This document shows positions 60,010 through 64,000 of a stretch of 64,000 bases of DNA, in pieces. Every line of letters begins with the position of its first letter. Position 1 is the stretch's first letter. Below the pieces are notes generated by a model, which was not told where the DNA came from, did no database searches, and saw only the letters and a list, made by a program, of their open reading frames with translations. Both the position numbers and the translations under genes were made by a program. The stretch comes from Mustelus asterias (Eukaryota), in contig NW_027590261.1 in the NCBI RefSeq assembly GCF_964213995.1, forward strand, positions 186,001 to 250,000. The letters are read 5' to 3'.

Positions 60010-61803
60010 ATGCTGACACGACAGCGAGCTCGCAATAGTGAGAGTTCATTCACCTGCTCCGTGTGTGGGAAGAAATTCATGTGTTCGTCCAACCTGCTGG
60101 CTCACCAACTCGATCACATTATTCAGAAGCCTCTTCAAAGCTCTGACTCTGGGGAAAGCATTGAAACCTCTGAGGAACAGGCCCAACACCAGCTCCTTCA
60201 CACTGACGAGAGACCGTTCAGCTGCTCCCACTGCGGGAAGAGGTTCAGCCAGTCCTCCTGCCTTGCAGAGCACCAGCTCCTTCACACACACGAGAGACCG
60301 TTCAGCTGCTCCCACTGCGGGGAGTCGTTCAGCAACTCAGTGCATCTCACTGAGCATCAACCAGTTCATACCAAGGACAGGCCATTCAGCTGCTCCCAGT
60401 GTGGGAAGAGATTCACTCAGTCCTCCCACTGCACCGTTCACCAACTGGTTCATTCTCAGAAGAGACATTTTAAATGCTTTAAATGTGAGAAGACCTTCAA
60501 AAGAAGGATTAGTCTGCTGAGACACCAGGACACTCACACCGGGGAGAGGCCGTACCCCTGTTCTGTTTGTGGGAAGAGATTCGCTCATTCATCTCATCTT
60601 CTGACACACAAGCGAGTTCACACTGGGGAGAGGCCTTTCCTCTGCTCCCTGTGTGGGAAGAGATTCACTCGATTTTCACACCTTTTGACACACAAGAGTA
60701 TTCACACTGGAGGGAAACCATTCACCTCCTCAATGTGTAGAAAGGAAGAAGTTCAATCAACTGACCAGCTGACACACCAGCGAGTTCACACTGGGGAGAA
60801 GCTGTTCACCTGCTCGGTGTGTGGGAAGGAATTCACTCGGTCTTACTATCTTCTGAGGCACCGGCGAGTTCACACTGGGGAGAGGCCATTCCTCTGCTCC
60901 GTGTGTGGGAAGATGTTTCCTCATTCATCCCAGCTTGTGATACACGAGCGTGTTCACACAGGGGAGAGGCCTTACGTTTGCCCTGTGTGCGGGAAAGCAT
61001 TTGCTTCTTTACAACACCTGCTGAAACATCGGCCTGTTCACACCGGGGAGAAGCCATTCTCTTGCTCCATTTGTGGCAAGAGATTCACTCAGTCATCTGA
61101 CCTGCTGAGACACCAATACATTCACACAGGGGACAGGCCGTTCACCTGCTCTGTGTGTGGGAAGGGATTCATTGGTTCATCCAGCCTGCAGACACACCAG
61201 CGAGTTCACACCGGGGAGAAGCCGTTCACCTGCTCTGTGTGTGGGAAGGGATACACTCAGGTATCGAACCTGCAGAGACACCAGCGAGTTCACACTGCGA
61301 CAGAACCATTCACCTGCTCTCAGTGTGGGAAGGGATTCACTGATCCATCCCACCTGCAGAGACACCAGCGAGTTCACACTGGGGAGAAGCCGTTCACCTG
61401 CTCTGTGTGTGGGAAGGGATACACTCAGGTATCCAACCTGCAGAGACACCAGCGTGTTCACACCGGGGAGAGGCCGTTCCTGTGCTCTGTGTGTGGAAAG
61501 GGATTCGCTCAGTCATCTGGCCTGCTGAAACACCAACGCATTCACACCGGGGAGAAGCCGTTCACCTGCTCTGTGTGTGGGAAGGGATTCACTGATTCAT
61601 CCTATATGCTGAAACACCAGCGAGCTCACACTGCGACAGAACCGTTCACCTGCTCCCTGTGTGGGAAGGGATTCACTGATCCATCCCGGCTGCAGAGACA
61701 CCAGCGAGTTCACACTGGAGCAAAACCGTTCAACTGCTCCATGTGTGGGAAGGGATTTAATCAGTATTACAGCCTGCTGAAACATAGACGACTTCATGTG
61801 TGA
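60010..61803 (+). CDS. Long tandem C2H2 zinc-finger protein (19 canonical fingers)
   Basis: Open frame 59935-61803, first ATG at 60010; acceptor ttattttacag at 59826; TGE(K/R)PF linkers. Confidence 0.9.
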   Translation: MLTRQRARNSESSFTCSVCGKKFMCSSNLLAHQLDHIIQKPLQSSDSGESIETSEEQAQHQLLHTDERPFSCSHCGKRFSQSSCLAEHQLLHTHERPFSCSHCGESFSNSVHLTEHQPVHTKDRPFSCSQCGKRFTQSSHCTVHQLVHSQKRHFKCFKCEKTFKRRISLLRHQDTHTGERPYPCSVCGKRFAHSSHLLTHKRVHTGERPFLCSLCGKRFTRFSHLLTHKSIHTGGKPFTSSMCRKEEVQSTDQLTHQRVHTGEKLFTCSVCGKEFTRSYYLLRHRRVHTGERPFLCSVCGKMFPHSSQLVIHERVHTGERPYVCPVCGKAFASLQHLLKHRPVHTGEKPFSCSICGKRFTQSSDLLRHQYIHTGDRPFTCSVCGKGFIGSSSLQTHQRVHTGEKPFTCSVCGKGYTQVSNLQRHQRVHTATEPFTCSQCGKGFTDPSHLQRHQRVHTGEKPFTCSVCGKGYTQVSNLQRHQRVHTGERPFLCSVCGKGFAQSSGLLKHQRIHTGEKPFTCSVCGKGFTDSSYMLKHQRAHTATEPFTCSLCGKGFTDPSRLQRHQRVHTGAKPFNCSMCGKGFNQYYSLLKHRRLHV

Positions 61804-64000
61804 CCGGCAAAGTTGGATTCTGTTGTTTCTGCGCCCTGAGATAAACAATAACAATTGGATGAATAGGGGAGGCAGCGGCACAGTGGAATTATCACTGGAC
61901 TCAGGGTAAGGCTCTGGGGACCCAGGTTCGAATCCCACCACAGGCAATGGTGAAATTTGAATTCAATTAAAATCTCGAATTAAAAGTCTAATGACAAACC
62001 TTAACCATTGTTGATCGTTGTCAAAACCACTCTGGTTCAGTCATGTCCTTTCGGGAAGGAAACCTGCTGTCCTTACCTGGTCTGGCCTACATGTGACTCC
62101 AGACCCACAGCAATGTGGTTGACTCTCAAATGCCTTCTGAAATGGAGGGCAGTTAGAGATGGGCAAGAAATGCTGGCCCAGCAAGTGACGCCTACATCCA
62201 GTAAAAATTAATTTAAAAAAGTTCCTCAGTATCTCAGTAACCTCCTCCAGTCCCACAACACTCTGTGTAAATACAAGTTGTTGCTGATTATGCCCTGAGA
62301 TAGAGAATGTGAACCCGATTCCCCTCGTCCACCAACACAGCAACTTCTTCATAAAAATTGAAGCACATGGGATTGGGGCGAATGTATTGAGATTGAAAAC
62401 TTGTTGGCAGACAGGAAATAGAGTAAGATTAAACAGGTCTTTTTCCAACTGGCAGGCAGTGATTATTGGGGTAATGCAGGATCAGTGCTGAGACCCCAGC
62501 TAGTCACCTGCCATGGGTCTTCTGTTTTTTTCCCCCCGTTTATAATGCATCATTTTTAAATTGTTGCTTCTTAATATTCTGATTTAAAACCATGGATAAG
62601 CTCAAACCACTTTTGGATAACCTGTGACTCCCTGATCAAGAATCTTACCGACCATTGCATGCCATTCTGGTCACCGTATTATAAAAAAGATATCTCGGCA
62701 CTGGAGAAGGGTACAGAGATGATTTTTAATGATGATACCAGAAATGTAGAAAACAGCTCACCATCACCTTCTCGAGGTCAATCAGGGGTTAGCAATAAAT
62801 GCTGGCCAAGCTCGCGATGTCCACATCCCATAAATGATTTTTAAACTGTGTGTTTGGTTATCCATCAGGAAAGGATTGACACGCTCACGCTTTCTTGAAA
62901 AATTAAGGCTGAGGGGGAACCTAATAGAGGGCTTCAAAATTATAAAAGGTTTTGAAATAATGTTTCTTCTTTTGGAGAAAGGCAAAACTGGAGACCATCA
63001 ATACAAGACAGTCGCCAAGAAACCCAATAGGAAATCCAAGATAAATTTCTCCACCCAAAGAGTGGTGAGAATATGGAAATCATGACCACAGGGAGTGAAA
63101 TGAACAGTATCGATGTCTTTCAGGGGAAGCTCAACAAGTATTTGTGTGTGATTTTATAATTCATTCAGGATTTATTTCAAAAAAACTAAGAATAAAGTAA
63201 CAGGAGATATTTTGAGGCATCTGAGAGTCTGTGTGTGTGTGAGGGTGTCTGTGTAAGGGTGTCTGTGAGTGTGTGTGTAAGGGTGTCTGTGAGTGTGTGT
63301 GTTACTTCTCATTGGTTTCACACCAACCTTCCTCTTTCTGAGCAGACATTCTGGCCCCTGATAAACCCATTGAGTGATTTGAATGGTACAATTCAGAGAT
63401 TCTTCATCCAGGGTGAAACCACAGGCTGACTGTGTGCTGTGTAAAACCTGACATCTACACAACCTAATCCCACTTCTCCTGGAACAACGTGAAGTGACTA
63501 CAATTTTCCAGATTGATTTCTTTGCTCTCAATATTCTTTCAGATAGTTCATAAATTCCATGAGTACATTATCCTTTAACACACCTATGGTGTCCAGTTTA
63601 AATACTACCCTCAGTCTGACCAACATATAGCAATGGGATTGTTGCTATTACAGGAATCCATTCTGTAAATCTGATTCCAAGGCACTCTGGAGTAATGCAG
63701 TGATCCACACCTTCCCACTCAACACCAATCTATAGTTCCATCTGAGTTCCAGAGTTTAACATGATTTTTCAAAACACAGGCAGCAGGGTGGCACAGTGAT
63801 CAGCAGCGCCAGGGACCTGAGTTCAATCCTGGGCTCAGGTAGTACGAGTAAGCTTACATTAACACTGCAATGAAGTTACTATGAAAATCCCCTAGTCGCC
63901 ACACTCGGCGCCTGTTTGGGTGTACTGAAGGAGAATTTAGCATAGCCAATGCACCGAACCAGCATGTCTTTCAGACTGTGGGAGGAAACCTGAGCACCCG

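Overview
Vertebrate genomic DNA from a cartilaginous fish (shark), inferred from HE1/V-SINEs, shark-type CR1 and Penelope-like repeats and [14 protein letters not shown]-type C2H2 genes. The window has three zones. (1) 1-1.9 kb: the 5' end of an EMC4 homolog on the minus strand (exons 1-3, CpG-island promoter, Tx1-type LINE in intron 1). (2) 3.5-20.4 kb: five T-cell receptor alpha/delta-type V segments. One is intact with leader and 23-RSS, one is frameshifted with an intact 23-RSS, two are truncated and one is an inverted relic. They are interleaved with a decaying tRNA cluster (near-canonical Arg-ACG; pseudo Pro-CGG with an intron-like insert, pseudo Arg-CCT, two pseudo Val-CAC in a 1.2-kb tandem unit) and CTCF-like motifs. 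No D, J or C segment was seen. (3) 22-62 kb: a duplicating cluster of tandem C2H2 zinc-finger genes and pseudogenes with no recognisable KRAB/BTB/SCAN domain, CpG-island promoters, segmental duplications, GalEa/Copia relics, a young 3-kb fold-back Penelope-like insertion carrying hammerhead motifs, and a 1.26-kb minisatellite whose one-unit ancestor survives in a paralog. All calls were made by eye, from alignment to remembered family consensus sequences; no database search was run.
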